From Nitrospirota bacterium (GTDB lineage Bacteria; Nitrospirota; UBA9217), in NCBI GenBank assembly GCA_963754875.1, contig CAVWHO010000007.1:128001-192000 (forward strand): 64,000 bases of DNA, in the 5' to 3' direction. Position 1 is the first letter of the stretch. Every line of letters begins with the position of its first letter. A program made the position numbers and the translations under genes. This document shows positions 9,730 to 21,898 of the stretch, in pieces. The notes under the pieces are model-generated. The model saw only the letters and a program-made list of their open reading frames with translations. It did no database searches and was not told the origin of the DNA.

Positions 9730-10740
9730 TCAGAGTGGGAAATGGCAGGCGACATGGTGGGCTCCGCCGGTGTCTTTAAGCCGGGGCTCGGTGGCGGGAT
9801 CCGTACAGACAGACGGTTTGCCCTTGGACTCATAGACCGGACAGCGCGGCGCGAATCGGCAGCCTTCGATCGGCCGCTCGAAATCGAACACGCCCCAGCG
9901 CCCTGCGGGAATGCTTTTGGACTTTCCGGTGACCTCCCTGCTTTGCTTCTCCACGAGTGAGGACCAGAGAATGTGGGTGTACGGATGGCGCGGCTTGTGC
10001 GCAATGCGGTCCGCGACCCCGATCTCCACAATCTTGCCGAGGTACATCACGGCCACCTTGTGGCTGACGAGCTCGACCACGCGAAGATCGTGGGAGATGA
10101 ACAGAAAGGAGAGCCCGAGGTGTTTCTGCAGGTCCCGGAGGAGGTTCACGACCTGCGCCTGGATCGACACGTCGAGGGCGCTCGTTGGTTCATCGGCAAC
10201 GATGAACCGCGCTCCCACGGCAAGCACGCGTGCAATGCCCACTCGCCGCTTTTCGCCGCCCGAAAGTTCACGCGGGAAATTGCCGAGCTTTGCCGTTTTG
10301 AGGTTCACCTGCTCGAGCAAATCGCTGATGCGTTTTTCCACGTCGGCGCCGGCCAGCGGGTGATGGATCGTAATCGCTTCTTTCAAAATATCCCGAATAC
10401 GCATCTTGGGATTGAGAGCAGCGTCCAGATCCTGAAAGATCATCTGCATCTTTCCCCGGAGCCGGCGAAGCTCCCCAGTCGGGACATTCGTAATGTCCCT
10501 GTCCTCGAAGAGGATCCTGCCTGAGGTGGGCTTTTCAAGACGAAGGATGGTCCTGCCGATCGTGGTCTTGCCGCACCCCGACTCGCCGACGAGCCCGACC
10601 GTCTCGTTCTCTTTCAGGCAAAAACTTACCTTATCCACTGCGGGGATGTACTGTGCCTTCTCCTTGAAGGCGGAGAATACCCCCTTGCGGAGAGCAAAGT
10701 GCTTTTTGAGGTCTATGACTTCGAGAATGGTCTTCGGCAT
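9730..10740 (-). CDS. Peptide/nickel-family ABC transporter ATPase (OppF/DppF-like)
   Basis: GESGCGKT, LSGGE, DEPTSALD, HPYT, GCRFAPRC...VACH. Confidence 0.92.
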   Translation of the reverse strand: MPKTILEVIDLKKHFALRKGVFSAFKEKAQYIPAVDKVSFCLKENETVGLVGESGCGKTTIGRTILRLEKPTSGRILFEDRDITNVPTGELRRLRGKMQMIFQDLDAALNPKMRIRDILKEAITIHHPLAGADVEKRISDLLEQVNLKTAKLGNFPRELSGGEKRRVGIARVLAVGARFIVADEPTSALDVSIQAQVVNLLRDLQKHLGLSFLFISHDLRVVELVSHKVAVMYLGKIVEIGVADRIAHKPRHPYTHILWSSLVEKQSREVTGKSKSIPAGRWGVFDFERPIEGCRFAPRCPVYESKGKPSVCTDPATEPRLKDTGGAHHVACHFPL

Positions 10741-10756
10741 TAGAACCCTTCATGCA

Positions 10757-10910
10757 ACCATAGATGAACACAGATTAACACTGTAATGATATAACTGAAG
10801 ACGAAGACTTAAGAGCAGAGCGTTGATTCATATTATACATTTAGCTACTTGTTCTATCAGCTCTCATCCGTGTTCATCCGTGTGTCCCGTCCGCGGGACC
10901 CGTGGTTCCC
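10757..10910. repeat. Inverted about 10-mer repeat arms in an operon spacer
   Basis: AACCATAGATGAACACAGATTAACAC ... ATCCGTGTTCATCCGTGTG...CCGTGGTT; related arms at 34303-34450. Confidence 0.65.
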
Positions 10911-10918
10911 TATGGTAT

Positions 10919-12018
<1,100 letters not shown>

Positions 12019-12022
<4 letters not shown>

Positions 12023-12912
12023 TTGGCTCTCCGGCCTTCGAGTATGTTGTTCAGCCCGTCGCCGAGCAGATGGAAGCCGAGGATGGTAAAGAGAATCGCG
12101 AGCGCAGGGGCTGTCGAGGGCCAGAACGTGCCCTGCATAAAATAATTGGCGCCGGCCTGCACCATGTTGCCCCACGACGGCGTGGGCTCCTGCACGCCGA
12201 AGCCGAGATAACTGAGGCTCGTCTCCATCAGGATGGCCTCTGCCATGCCGAGCGTTGCCTGGATAATGAGGAGCGAGCGGCAGTTATGCCACAGGATGTG
12301 CCGCAGGATGATCGTCCCTGTCGGCACGCCCAGGGCGATATCTGCCTCGATGAAGTTTTTTTGCTTCAAGAAAAGGATCTTGCCTTTGATGAGCGACGCA
12401 ACGACCGGCACGTTCGTGAGCCCCACAACGAGCATGATATAGTAGATGTCCGGCTTGAACGCCGCTATCACGAGCAGGATGAGCACGAGGCGCGGGAAGG
12501 AGTCTACGAGGTTGGTGATATACGTTATGGCTGCGTCGAATTTTCCGCCGCGATAGCCGGCAAGTACTCCGAACAGAGTGCCGAAGAGAAGCGCAATGAA
12601 TATTGCGAGCAGCCCCGGCAGGAAATAGGCTTGAATGCCTACGATCAAGCGAGAAAGCATGTCTCGGCCCATGAAGTCCGTGCCGAGCGGGTGGCCGGGC
12701 GTACCGGGCGCTGCCATCATGAGTTCGAGATCAATGTTTTGCGGGTCGTTCGGCAAAAGGTTGAACGAACCAAGGAGGTAGGAGACAACGACAAGCGCAA
12801 CGATGAGCAGGCCGTAGCCCACGTACGCGAGGTCGACGGCATCCGCCTTCTTCCAGAACGGCAGGTCAGAAAACTCACCAATCTCGCCGGATATTTGGGT
12901 GTAGGTTTTCAT
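12019..12912 (-). CDS. ABC permease (OppC/DppC-like)
   Basis: HPLGTDFMGRD, SLSYLGFG, PTPSWG. Confidence 0.92.
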
Positions 12913-12980
12913 AATATTTGGACCAAGGCAACCGTGTTGCCGTTTAAAACGGCACGCCGACACGGTCGGCTCGCTCCCTG

Positions 12981-13946
12981 TTATTCTTTCGACGCTCTTG
13001 GATTCACCGCCACGTACACCACGCTCTGGAACAGGCTGCCCATGCGCACGAGGACCGCGGCCAGGATCGCGATGCCCATGATCACCGGGTAGTCCCGGTC
13101 CTGCGCTGCCTGCCAGGCCATCCTTCCCATGCCGGGCCAGTTGAACACCTGCTCCACGATCACGGCGCCGCCGAGGATGAAAGGAATTTTGGCCGCGATC
13201 ATCTCGGTCACGGGGATGAGCAGGCCTTCCTTAAAGGCATGCTTCCAGACCGACGCGCCTTTGGCCTTCGCCGTACGGATGTAGTCCTCGGCCATCACTC
13301 TTTCCATTTCCTGGCGCAGGAAGCGGATCACCTCGCTGATCGTTCCGTTCCCCACGCCAAGCACGAAGATCGGCAGCAGCATATAGAGCCAGCGGTATTT
13401 CTGTCCCCCGTTCGAAAACCCGAAAGCGAGCGGAAACAAGCCAAGCTTGTGCGTGAAAAAGTAGATGACGATGTAGCCCAGCCAGAACACCGGCAAGGCC
13501 GAGACCACGTAGGAGAACATGGTGAGGGGCCACGAAAGCCTATTGATGCCGCGAACTGCAGAGTAGAGTGCTAGAGGCACGGCGATAAGGAGCGTTATGA
13601 TGAGAGAGCCGATAGTAAGCAGGAACGTATTGAGCCCAACGCGCAGCACTTCCGGGAGTACCGGCAGGCCGGTGCGGATCGAAGTGCCGAAGTTCCCGGT
13701 GAGCATGCCCATAAGCCAGGATAGGTACTGGGCATACCATCCCTTCGAAACACCAAGCGCCTCGCGCACGCCTGCCCGGGCTTCTGCCGTCGGCGTCTGC
13801 CCTTCGAGCAGAACGCTGAACGGGTCGCCAGGGGACAAATAAAGAATGATGAACACCACGAAGCTCACGCCGAGGAGCAGCAGCGCTGTGATCACCAGCT
13901 CCCTGGACAGGGCCAGGGCTATGGGCCGGAAGGCAGAAAGCTTCAT
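12981..13946 (-). CDS. ABC permease (OppB/DppB-like)
   Basis: SPGDP, GNFGTSI, DYIRTAKAKG, VEQVFNWPGMG, RDYPVI. Confidence 0.92.
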   Translation of the reverse strand: MKLSAFRPIALALSRELVITALLLLGVSFVVFIILYLSPGDPFSVLLEGQTPTAEARAGVREALGVSKGWYAQYLSWLMGMLTGNFGTSIRTGLPVLPEVLRVGLNTFLLTIGSLIITLLIAVPLALYSAVRGINRLSWPLTMFSYVVSALPVFWLGYIVIYFFTHKLGLFPLAFGFSNGGQKYRWLYMLLPIFVLGVGNGTISEVIRFLRQEMERVMAEDYIRTAKAKGASVWKHAFKEGLLIPVTEMIAAKIPFILGGAVIVEQVFNWPGMGRMAWQAAQDRDYPVIMGIAILAAVLVRMGSLFQSVVYVAVNPRASKE

Positions 13947-14047
13947 ACGCTCAATCAGCAGAGAGCATAGCGCAGAGGGCAGGGAGCGAAGACAAGAGAT
14001 TCAGACGCTTTCAAGCTCTGCCTTCTGCTCCCTGCTTCATGCCGCCT

Positions 14048-15665
14048 CTATTTCTGGTCTTTCTCCTCCATGAACCAATCATCGGCGTAGGAAAAGAACT
14101 TGTAGGGGTGAATGGCCACGCGCCTGATCTTTTTCTGGTATGCAGTATAGTTCGTAAGCGTCCAGAGGAAGGTATAGGGGTTCTCATCGGCCAGTATCGC
14201 GTGGAGCTTCCGGTTGATGGTCCTGCGCTTTTCGTGGTCCAGCGTGAGCTTGCTCTCGTTGATCAGGCCGTCCACTTCCGGGTTGGAATAGCCGCCGAAG
14301 TTGTTCTTCCACGCACCGATCTCGCCGGAGTGAAAAAGAGACGAGATGTCGGCCGAATCGTCGAACACCCAGGACGCGAACATGATGTCGAAGTCGTGCT
14401 CCAGGAACACGTCCTCCTTCCAGGCCTGCCATTCCTTGAACTCCACGTTGATGTCCACGCCGATGTTCTTGAGATAGTTCTTGAACGCGAGCACCACGCG
14501 CTTCACGGCCTCGCTCTCCTTCTCGATCGGCACCTTGAGCGACAGCGCCAGTCGTCTTGCCGTTCTTCTGCATGATGCCATCGGCGCCGCGGCTGAAACC
14601 CGCTTCCTGGAGCAGCGCCTTCGCCTTTTCTGGATCAAAGGGAAGAGGCTGCACGTCGAGGTTGTAGGCCCAGCTGCCGGGCGCGAAGGGGCCGGAGATG
14701 ATGGTCCCCTGGCCGTTAAAGAACGAATCGAGCATCTCCTGCCGGTTCACGGCATAGGTAAAGGCCTTCCGCACGCGCTTGTCGGCCAGGAGCGGGTTCC
14801 GTACGTTGTAGCCGAAGAACGAGTAGGACAGCGCGTTGTAGGGCTGAAGGATGAATCGCTTGTCCCCCTGGATCTCGGGGATGTCGCGCGGGTTCACGAG
14901 CACGATCATGTCGATGGCGTTGAACATGAGCGCCTGGGTCATGATGTTCTGGTCGGCGAACGGCTTGGCAATGAACGTGTCGATGTGCGGACGGCCTTTG
15001 AAGTAGTTGTCGTTCGCCGAAAGGACGATCTCCCGCTCGGCCGTCACGTTTTTTAGCATATACGGACCGGTGCCGATGGGGTTCTGAACAAAGGGATCGT
15101 CACGGGTCAGATAATTTGGATTGGTCGGCCCGTGCTTCGGGATGATCTTGAAGCTGAACTTGGCCAGCGCGTTCAGGATCGGCCGCTTGAGCGTGAACTT
15201 GACGGTATAGTCATCGACCTTTTCCACGCTGTCGATGAACTCATAGCGCACTTTGAGCGGGGTGATGGTCTTAGGATGCATCATGATCTTGTAGGTGAAA
15301 ACCACGTCATCGGCCGTAAACGGCTTGGGTTCCTCTCCCTCTTTCGGATGCCAGGTCACGTCCTTCCGGAGATAAAAGGTGTAAATGCGACCGTCCGGGG
15401 AACGGTCCCACTTCTCCGCCAGCTCGGGAACGATCTCCTGCTTTTCATTGATCCCGACGAGGCCGTTGAAGATGAGCTCGGTCAAGCGCAGCGAAATCAT
15501 CTCGTTGCTCGTGATCGGGTCGAGAGTCGCCGGCCGGCCGTATTCGCCGTAGCTCAGCGTGCCGCCGTCCGGCCGATTGTCCTTCTTGTGCTCTGCCTGG
15601 CCAACAGCAGCCGCTGCCATCACCGCAATGACGCTCAGAAGTAGAACCACCAGCATGCGTTTCAT
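14048..15665 (-). CDS. Family 5 solute-binding protein (one extra base near 14555)
   Basis: Signal peptide, TLDP, PELAEKW, FTADDVVFT, PIGTGPY; two ORF halves join at GIMQKNGK/RLALSL after removing one base. Confidence 0.88.
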
Positions 15666-15737
15666 AATTTCCTCCTCGATAGCATTTCGGAATGCGGATT
15701 GCGGAATGCGATTTGAAATCCGAATTCTACAATCTGT

Positions 15738-17225
15738 TCAATTGATCTTCACGTCCCCGGCGCTCTTGTGTTCCACGGCATAAATGCCCTGCAGCGCTTC
15801 CTGGATCTGGCGCACCTCAGGGAATTGCTTGCTCATCTCGAAGTAGATCTCAAGGGCCTCGGAAAAATTTTTGGTTCGGTAATAGGCTTCCGCGAGATTC
15901 ACGAGCATGGCCGGATCGTTCGCTTCGATTTTGTTCTTGTTGCCCTTGTCGCGTCCTGCCTCCAGGTACGAGGCCGCCTTGGCGTAATCAAGCTTCCGGA
16001 GATAATACCTGCCGACGGCGATCTTGAGGATAGAATATTTTCTGCCTTCTCCAGCCTCGGCCGCGGCTGTGGATTTCTTCACCGTCTGCGCGCATTCGGC
16101 CCTCAGCCTGCTGCAGGCGAACAGGACCTCCGCGAGAAGATCGGGGTCCTCGGGCTGTTTTCGCAGGAGTTCGTCCCAGACGCCCACGGCGTCGGTAACG
16201 CGTCTTTGCTGGTAAAGGTTGGCGCCCTGCCAGACGCGGATGCGGTCTTTATACTGCTGGGGCATCTGCGATGAGGAGACGAAGGCGGCCGTCACTTTTG
16301 CAGACTGATCGAGAGACCCGAAGAGCGCATAGGACTGACCAAGATAAAACTCCGCGGCGTCCTTCACCTTCGGATCAGCCGCTGCTTTTTCCAGGTAGGC
16401 GATGCTCGCCTGACCGTAGATTGTCGCCATATCGCCGAGCAGGGTGAGATCGTAAAAGTTGATGATCTTAGATTTGCCGAGCGTCTCCCGGTACGAATAG
16501 GCCTTGAGTTCCGAACGTTTGAGGAGATCCAGTCCTTTCTCGGTCTGCCCTGCCTTGGCATAGACAGCGAGGATACTTTTGACCATGCGCATCGAGAGCG
16601 GCTTGCCGGACCGTTTCGCTGCTGCAAGGCTCTCGGCAGCGAGGGCCGCGGGATTTTTATCCGCAAGACCCGCTTTGCTGTATGCAGCGGCAAGTTCGGC
16701 CTTCACCTCGGGATCGGAAGAGTCAATCGCTGACCAGAGCTCCTTCGCTTTCTCGGCTTCATGATTCTGATAGTAACACAGGCCGAGACATACCTTGGCC
16801 TCGGACCGGTACCGTGGTTCCAGATTCCCGCTCGCTGAAAATTTTTCCAGGTGGATCGCCGCAGCGGCCGGCTTCCCGGTCTCCATGAGGGCCTCGCCGA
16901 GATAGAAGTCGACGAAATGGCTTCTGGCCGGGCCCCGCGCAGCGGCCAGCTTTTTCAAGCAATCCTGTGATGCAGACGCAGCGGCCTGGAACAACTCGCG
17001 GTGCAGCAGGGCATTCTTGAAGTAGACCATGCCGAGCGTCAGGTTGGCTGTCCCCTGTCTCGGTTGATCGATCGAGGCAGCGTCGGAACGCAGCACTGCA
17101 GCAGCATCCTCGTAATGCTGCTTTTCATAAAGCTTCATCGCCTTCGTCACCGCATCATCTGCAGCAGAGACCTGCACAGCGGTTAGGAGGACAAGAGATG
17201 AAAGAAATAATGCGGTACGTCTCAT
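15738..17225 (-). CDS. Exported TPR-repeat protein
   Basis: Signal peptide (VQVSA-A); repeated TPR-like helices (FYLGEAL, CLGLCYY, FYLGQSY, NLAEAYY). Confidence 0.8.
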   Translation of the reverse strand: MRRTALFLSSLVLLTAVQVSAADDAVTKAMKLYEKQHYEDAAAVLRSDAASIDQPRQGTANLTLGMVYFKNALLHRELFQAAASASQDCLKKLAAARGPARSHFVDFYLGEALMETGKPAAAAIHLEKFSASGNLEPRYRSEAKVCLGLCYYQNHEAEKAKELWSAIDSSDPEVKAELAAAYSKAGLADKNPAALAAESLAAAKRSGKPLSMRMVKSILAVYAKAGQTEKGLDLLKRSELKAYSYRETLGKSKIINFYDLTLLGDMATIYGQASIAYLEKAAADPKVKDAAEFYLGQSYALFGSLDQSAKVTAAFVSSSQMPQQYKDRIRVWQGANLYQQRRVTDAVGVWDELLRKQPEDPDLLAEVLFACSRLRAECAQTVKKSTAAAEAGEGRKYSILKIAVGRYYLRKLDYAKAASYLEAGRDKGNKNKIEANDPAMLVNLAEAYYRTKNFSEALEIYFEMSKQFPEVRQIQEALQGIYAVEHKSAGDVKIN

Positions 17226-17322
17226 GCGCGCTCCTGGAATACACTTCAAGGTTCGCCGTGTATCATTCGGGACTGCATACACTTCGAACCGGGGTAAAGA
17301 TCTGTCTTCTTCCTTCCGCTTT

Positions 17323-18582
17323 TCAATCCCTCAGCTTTGCCAGAAAAATCTGGTCCCACTGGTTGATCTGGGCGCGGAACGCAATGGTCCCGTCCCGTGC
17401 GCAGGAAACGTCATGGTTCATCTTCGTATCCGTTTTGAGAGGCACACTCATTTTCAGTTTGACGTCCGCAACGTAGAGCGGATTGTATTCCTGTCGGTCG
17501 TTCTTCACATAGATGATCCGGTTGCTGTCCGGCATCCAGGCAGGCCCGGTTTCCACATCGGCAACAACGTCGATTGCCACGGCTTTTGAAGCGAGTCCCT
17601 CACCCTCCGTGGGGTCCGAACCGTCCGCGGCAATGACGAAGATAGACCACATCCTCGGGTCCCCGGCCGCATTGTAGTTGGAATAAAAGGCGATCTTTTT
17701 TCCGTCCGGCGACCATACCGGCCGAAGATCGTCATAGGTCCAGGTCGTGAGCTTTCTTTTGGATTCCATCGGTTTGGCCACGTCGTTGATAATGACGATG
17801 TCGTGGTTTTCATTGCTGCCGTGCATCATCACGAGCTTTTTGCCGTCCGGTGACCATTGGGGATAGAGATAGGCCTTGCCTCCCCGTGTCAGCCGCGTTA
17901 ACACCCGCGTTGCGAGATTAAGAAGATAGACATCACCGTTTCCTGTACGCCCTGACACGAAGACTATGCGGTCCTCGACCGGCGACCACTGGGCCTGGCC
18001 GTCTTTTTCTCTGTGCCGAGTAAGCCGCACCGGGGCACTGCCACCGAGGTCGAGAAGGTAAATATCGTAGTTGCCCTCTCCGCCGTTACTCATGAAAACG
18101 AACCTTAGTTCGTCGGGCGACCAGGTGATGCCCGCGTTGTAGCTGGTTTCATCGTACACGCCGGGAAAAAAGAACCTCATCTCCGAAAGGCTCCGGGACA
18201 ACAGGTGGAAAACCGTCTGGACCGGCGTACCGTCGGATAACGTGACGCGGATCTCCTTTTTATCTCCGACGCTCCGTTCAAAGGCAATGAACGTTCCCTG
18301 AGGGGACCAGATAGGGTTCGAATCGTTCCGTCCCGATTCGATTGCGACGAGCGGCTTTACGAACAGCGGCTCAGCAGCTTCGGGCTTTTCCCCCTCCGCC
18401 TGACTTCCGGTCTCCGTCGTGGCGGAAGACAGGTCGGCAGGAACGACCGACGACGGTGCGGAACTGCCGCTTCCCGTGTCCGTCGGTGCGGGCAGAACGT
18501 CACCGGCAATCGCCGCAGGGACGATGGCCGCTGCAGAGAGCGCAACGGCCCCTAGGGCGCAATAAAGCTTCCAACCCTTCAC
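17323..18582 (-). CDS. Exported TolB-like beta-propeller (PD40 repeats)
   Basis: Repeated P.WSPDG..I.F motifs; signal peptide and Ser/Pro-rich linker. Confidence 0.85.
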   Translation of the reverse strand: MKGWKLYCALGAVALSAAAIVPAAIAGDVLPAPTDTGSGSSAPSSVVPADLSSATTETGSQAEGEKPEAAEPLFVKPLVAIESGRNDSNPIWSPQGTFIAFERSVGDKKEIRVTLSDGTPVQTVFHLLSRSLSEMRFFFPGVYDETSYNAGITWSPDELRFVFMSNGGEGNYDIYLLDLGGSAPVRLTRHREKDGQAQWSPVEDRIVFVSGRTGNGDVYLLNLATRVLTRLTRGGKAYLYPQWSPDGKKLVMMHGSNENHDIVIINDVAKPMESKRKLTTWTYDDLRPVWSPDGKKIAFYSNYNAAGDPRMWSIFVIAADGSDPTEGEGLASKAVAIDVVADVETGPAWMPDSNRIIYVKNDRQEYNPLYVADVKLKMSVPLKTDTKMNHDVSCARDGTIAFRAQINQWDQIFLAKLRD

Positions 18583-18596
18583 CAGGCTAACTCCGT

Positions 18597-21170
18597 TTAA
18601 AGGTCCTTGATCTGGTCCCAGTACTTCCGTGCCGAATCCCGTGCCTGATCAAAGGTGCTGTTGCCTTCGAGGCTCTTGGGGAAGAAGTCGAAGTACTCGC
18701 GCCATGCAACATTTGCATTGTTCAGGATGTTGTTTTTCCGCGTGATCTGGTAGAGCTTGTTGTATGAAAGGGCCATGTAGTAGTACGTATCGTGCACGGC
18801 CTCGTCATAGCGGTCATTCGGGAAGAACCTCATGTTTTGTTTTGCGACCTGGAGGTTCTGGATCGCTTTGGCGAAGTTCTGCGCCGCAGCCTCGCGGTCA
18901 GTCTGGATGAGCGAATTGCCCTTCTCGTAATAGGCATGGCCGAGGTTCATGAACGCCACGGAGAATTGCTTATACACGAGCTGCTGGTTCTCGGGCAGCG
19001 AGAGCACGTTCTCAAACTCGCGGATGGCCCCGTCGTAATCACCTGTTTCGTCGAGGTAGATCCGGGCCAGCCGATGGTGCGCCGCGGAATAATCGGGATG
19101 GTCTTTCTCGGTGCTCTTGTACGCCATGACTGCACCGTTGATATCGCCTCTCTGTTCCGCCTGTTCGCCGATCTTGAGGAAGTCCTTGTACAGAACGATC
19201 TTTGCAGCGCCCGTGTAGTTCTCCTCTTTCTTGGCAAACTCGACCACCTCTTCCCAATCCCGGTAGTCCCCGCCGAGCGAGACTTTGACCGTATGGAAGC
19301 CGAGGTTCACCGGTTTTCCGTCGAGGATGGGCGTCCTGCCGATCTTGTCGCCGTCCACGTACACGTCAGCGCCAGTAGGCCGGGAGTTGATCGTGAACAC
19401 GGCGTTGTTGACCAAAAGCGTGAATTCTTTGGTGTCCTTGTTCTTCTCGATCGTGACCTTCTCGGTCACGGGCTGGTAGCCGTGCCGGTACAGCATGAGC
19501 GTGAAGTTCTTGTTGAGCCTGACCGGGACCTCGGCCGTGCCGTCGGGAGCGGTCGAGCCGAGCCACTCGTCGTTCACGTAGATGTTCACCGCGTTGAGCG
19601 GAGAAACGTTGGGAGGCAGGCCTCCCTTGGCCAGGAGGACGAAGTAGTTGCGCACGCTCTCTTCCTCGCCTTCCCGATAGATGCGCCGGACCACCCGGTC
19701 GCCGAAGGCGATCTTCTCGTCTTTTTTCAGGTCCTCCACCTCGGCCCATGACCCGTTCTCTTCGGATTTCTTGACCCGAAGCCTGCCGGTCTCGCTGTAT
19801 CCCGATATCTTTCCCGTCTCATCCATGCGCGGCGTCATGAGCGTAAAATCCGTTCCGCTGGAGATCTTATAGCCGCTCTTCCCGAGGTTGATCCGGTAAC
19901 GTTCACCGTCAACGCCGATTACGGCGCCTTCGAAGGGAAATCGCTCGATCACGGCTCTCGCGATGTCCTTGGCCGCGCCGTTGATGTTGCCTGCGCTCTT
20001 TGCCCGCGTGATCTGGGAGAGGATCAGCGTGCCACCGGAGGTATAGAACTTGGTTTCGATCAGGAAGCCCTTCTCATCCTTTGAAACGCTGCCCAGGATG
20101 ATCATGTCAACAGTCTTCCTGAGCGGCGTCTCCCGCCATCCCTTGGCGGTGATCTTATCGATGTTTAATTTATCGTGTTTCATCTCTGACTGGAGGGTTT
20201 CAGACGGGACCTCGCGGAAGCAGGAATATTTATAGAGCTGCGCCGCCACGGCACTTTCGGTCTGCGTAAGGATGTCGTTGAGATCGGTATTGGCAGTGTT
20301 GCTCACGAACCGGTAAATGCCGGTCCTGATCGCTTTTGGTGATGTAGGATAGAAGTACCGATTGACGTTGACCTCGTCTTTCAGAACGATGGTGGTCTTC
20401 CAAGACTCAGGGATATACCCCGGGGCGGACAGCGTGAGCGGCACCCTCTTGCCCGGCTCACCGTCGTAGGACCAGGTCAACGCGCCCTTCGCATCGGTCT
20501 TGCCCACGTCCTTATTGTTGATGGTTACGCTCAATCCCGGGATGCCGCTCGTCTGGCCGTACTCTTCCGTACGGGCGTTGATCGTCACGGTCACGCGCTT
20601 GGTGAGCTTGGCTTCAATCGTCTGGCCCGGCTCCACGGCCCCGGTCTTGTGCCAGGCTGCATATCCAGATTTTTTCACCGCCAGGTCGATGCCGTTCTCG
20701 GGCAGGTCCTTGTACTCGTAGACGAACCGGCCGGACCCGTCGGTCTTGCCGACCTCTTTGCCCGTTGCCCTGACAGCGGCGTCCGGGACCGGAGAACCCT
20801 TCTCGGTCACGACAAGTGTTACGAACCGCGTCGCGGGAAGATCGGCCGTCAATGAGTACGTATCCATGGCCCCTGACTTGGAGAGTTTCATGACGAACGA
20901 GCCCTTCCAGGGCTTGATATGATAGCCCGGGATTTCCTTTGAAACAACGACCTCGACGTCCGCCCCGGGTTTCCTCCTGATGACCCTGGAGAAAACGCCG
21001 TTTTCGTCGGTAACGCCTTGTTCTTCATTGTCCACGATCACCTTCGCGTGGGCCGCTGGCTGGCCGTTCATGCCGGCCTTCACTTTGAGTTCGAGCTTTT
21101 CTCCTGCACAGGCAAAGAGCAGGGACGACACCATTACCAGTATCGCTGTATGTACTGCACGCTTAATCAT
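18597..21170 (-). CDS. Large lipoprotein: tandem beta-sandwich/PEGA repeats, central alpha/beta domain, C-terminal TPR
   Basis: Lipobox LFAC; repeated G.TD..G motifs; PEGA SRPTGADVYVDGDKIGRTP; TPR helices at the C-terminus. Confidence 0.8.
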   Translation of the reverse strand: MIKRAVHTAILVMVSSLLFACAGEKLELKVKAGMNGQPAAHAKVIVDNEEQGVTDENGVFSRVIRRKPGADVEVVVSKEIPGYHIKPWKGSFVMKLSKSGAMDTYSLTADLPATRFVTLVVTEKGSPVPDAAVRATGKEVGKTDGSGRFVYEYKDLPENGIDLAVKKSGYAAWHKTGAVEPGQTIEAKLTKRVTVTINARTEEYGQTSGIPGLSVTINNKDVGKTDAKGALTWSYDGEPGKRVPLTLSAPGYIPESWKTTIVLKDEVNVNRYFYPTSPKAIRTGIYRFVSNTANTDLNDILTQTESAVAAQLYKYSCFREVPSETLQSEMKHDKLNIDKITAKGWRETPLRKTVDMIILGSVSKDEKGFLIETKFYTSGGTLILSQITRAKSAGNINGAAKDIARAVIERFPFEGAVIGVDGERYRINLGKSGYKISSGTDFTLMTPRMDETGKISGYSETGRLRVKKSEENGSWAEVEDLKKDEKIAFGDRVVRRIYREGEEESVRNYFVLLAKGGLPPNVSPLNAVNIYVNDEWLGSTAPDGTAEVPVRLNKNFTLMLYRHGYQPVTEKVTIEKNKDTKEFTLLVNNAVFTINSRPTGADVYVDGDKIGRTPILDGKPVNLGFHTVKVSLGGDYRDWEEVVEFAKKEENYTGAAKIVLYKDFLKIGEQAEQRGDINGAVMAYKSTEKDHPDYSAAHHRLARIYLDETGDYDGAIREFENVLSLPENQQLVYKQFSVAFMNLGHAYYEKGNSLIQTDREAAAQNFAKAIQNLQVAKQNMRFFPNDRYDEAVHDTYYYMALSYNKLYQITRKNNILNNANVAWREYFDFFPKSLEGNSTFDQARDSARKYWDQIKDL

Positions 21171-21333
21171 ACGAAGCCTCCTTGGTAAAACGGGACAACG
21201 TGAAAAAGCATCAATGCCCTTGTACGAATGTCAAAATCTGACTTTGAGACAGAGCAACGCGGAAAAGAATATCTCAAGCAACCGCGTTTTCACTGGCTCA
21301 CCGTGATGTCCGGGAAACACGGACTCCGTCGTA

Positions 21334-21783
21334 TTACATCGTCGGCGGCTGGATGTTCACCTCGCCGGGATTCACGATCTTGTCCTCGTCCGACTTTGAT
21401 CCCTCGATGCTCTTTAGCTTGCCTTCGGGGATCTTCCTGAGCTTGAACTCCACTTTCTTGCTGCCGAACTGGGTGATCTCGACAGACTGCGTCTCGGTCA
21501 GGTAGCCGATCCTGCTCGCTTCCACCTTGTACATCCCCGGGACGATGTAGTCCTTCACTGATTCAAACTTGCCCGCTGCGTCAACGTTGACGGCTTGCGA
21601 CGCTTTTTCCAGCGTCGTGGTCGTATTGATCATATTCACCACGGTTCCTTGCGGGCTTTCGTTGGTGATTGGGACCGGCTGCATCTTCGCGTCCAGAAGC
21701 TGGACCGTACCGTAGATCTTGGGAGCGCATGATGCCAGGGAGAGCGCCAGTACGGCGAGCAGAAAAGTGTGTCTTGACTTCAT
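21334..21783 (-). CDS. Small lipoprotein, carboxypeptidase-regulatory-like beta-sandwich
   Basis: Lipobox LASC; DAAGKF...PGMYKVEASRIGY; AGGAGG RBS. Confidence 0.8.
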   Translation of the reverse strand: MKSRHTFLLAVLALSLASCAPKIYGTVQLLDAKMQPVPITNESPQGTVVNMINTTTTLEKASQAVNVDAAGKFESVKDYIVPGMYKVEASRIGYLTETQSVEITQFGSKKVEFKLRKIPEGKLKSIEGSKSDEDKIVNPGEVNIQPPTM

Positions 21784-21853
21784 ATCCGATTCCTCCTGTA
21801 CCGTGAATGTGATGCGGTTAAACAATGATTCTCCGCACCGAAGGTGATGGAAC

Positions 21854-21898
21854 AAAAAAAAGCCGCCAAATGAACAAAGACAACGTTCTTTGGCGGCT
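21854..21898 (-). terminator. Riboswitch expression-platform terminator
   Basis: Minus strand AGCCGCCAAAGAAC...GTTCATTTGGCGGCT then a T run; the 5' arm overlaps the aptamer 3' end. Confidence 0.85.

Noticed and set aside
14048..15665. SBP, hisH, MmeI-like, ThiF and ligase genes as true pseudogenes or programmed frameshifts
   Set aside because: All lesions are lone +1 insertions without slippery sites or further decay; assembly error is more parsimonious
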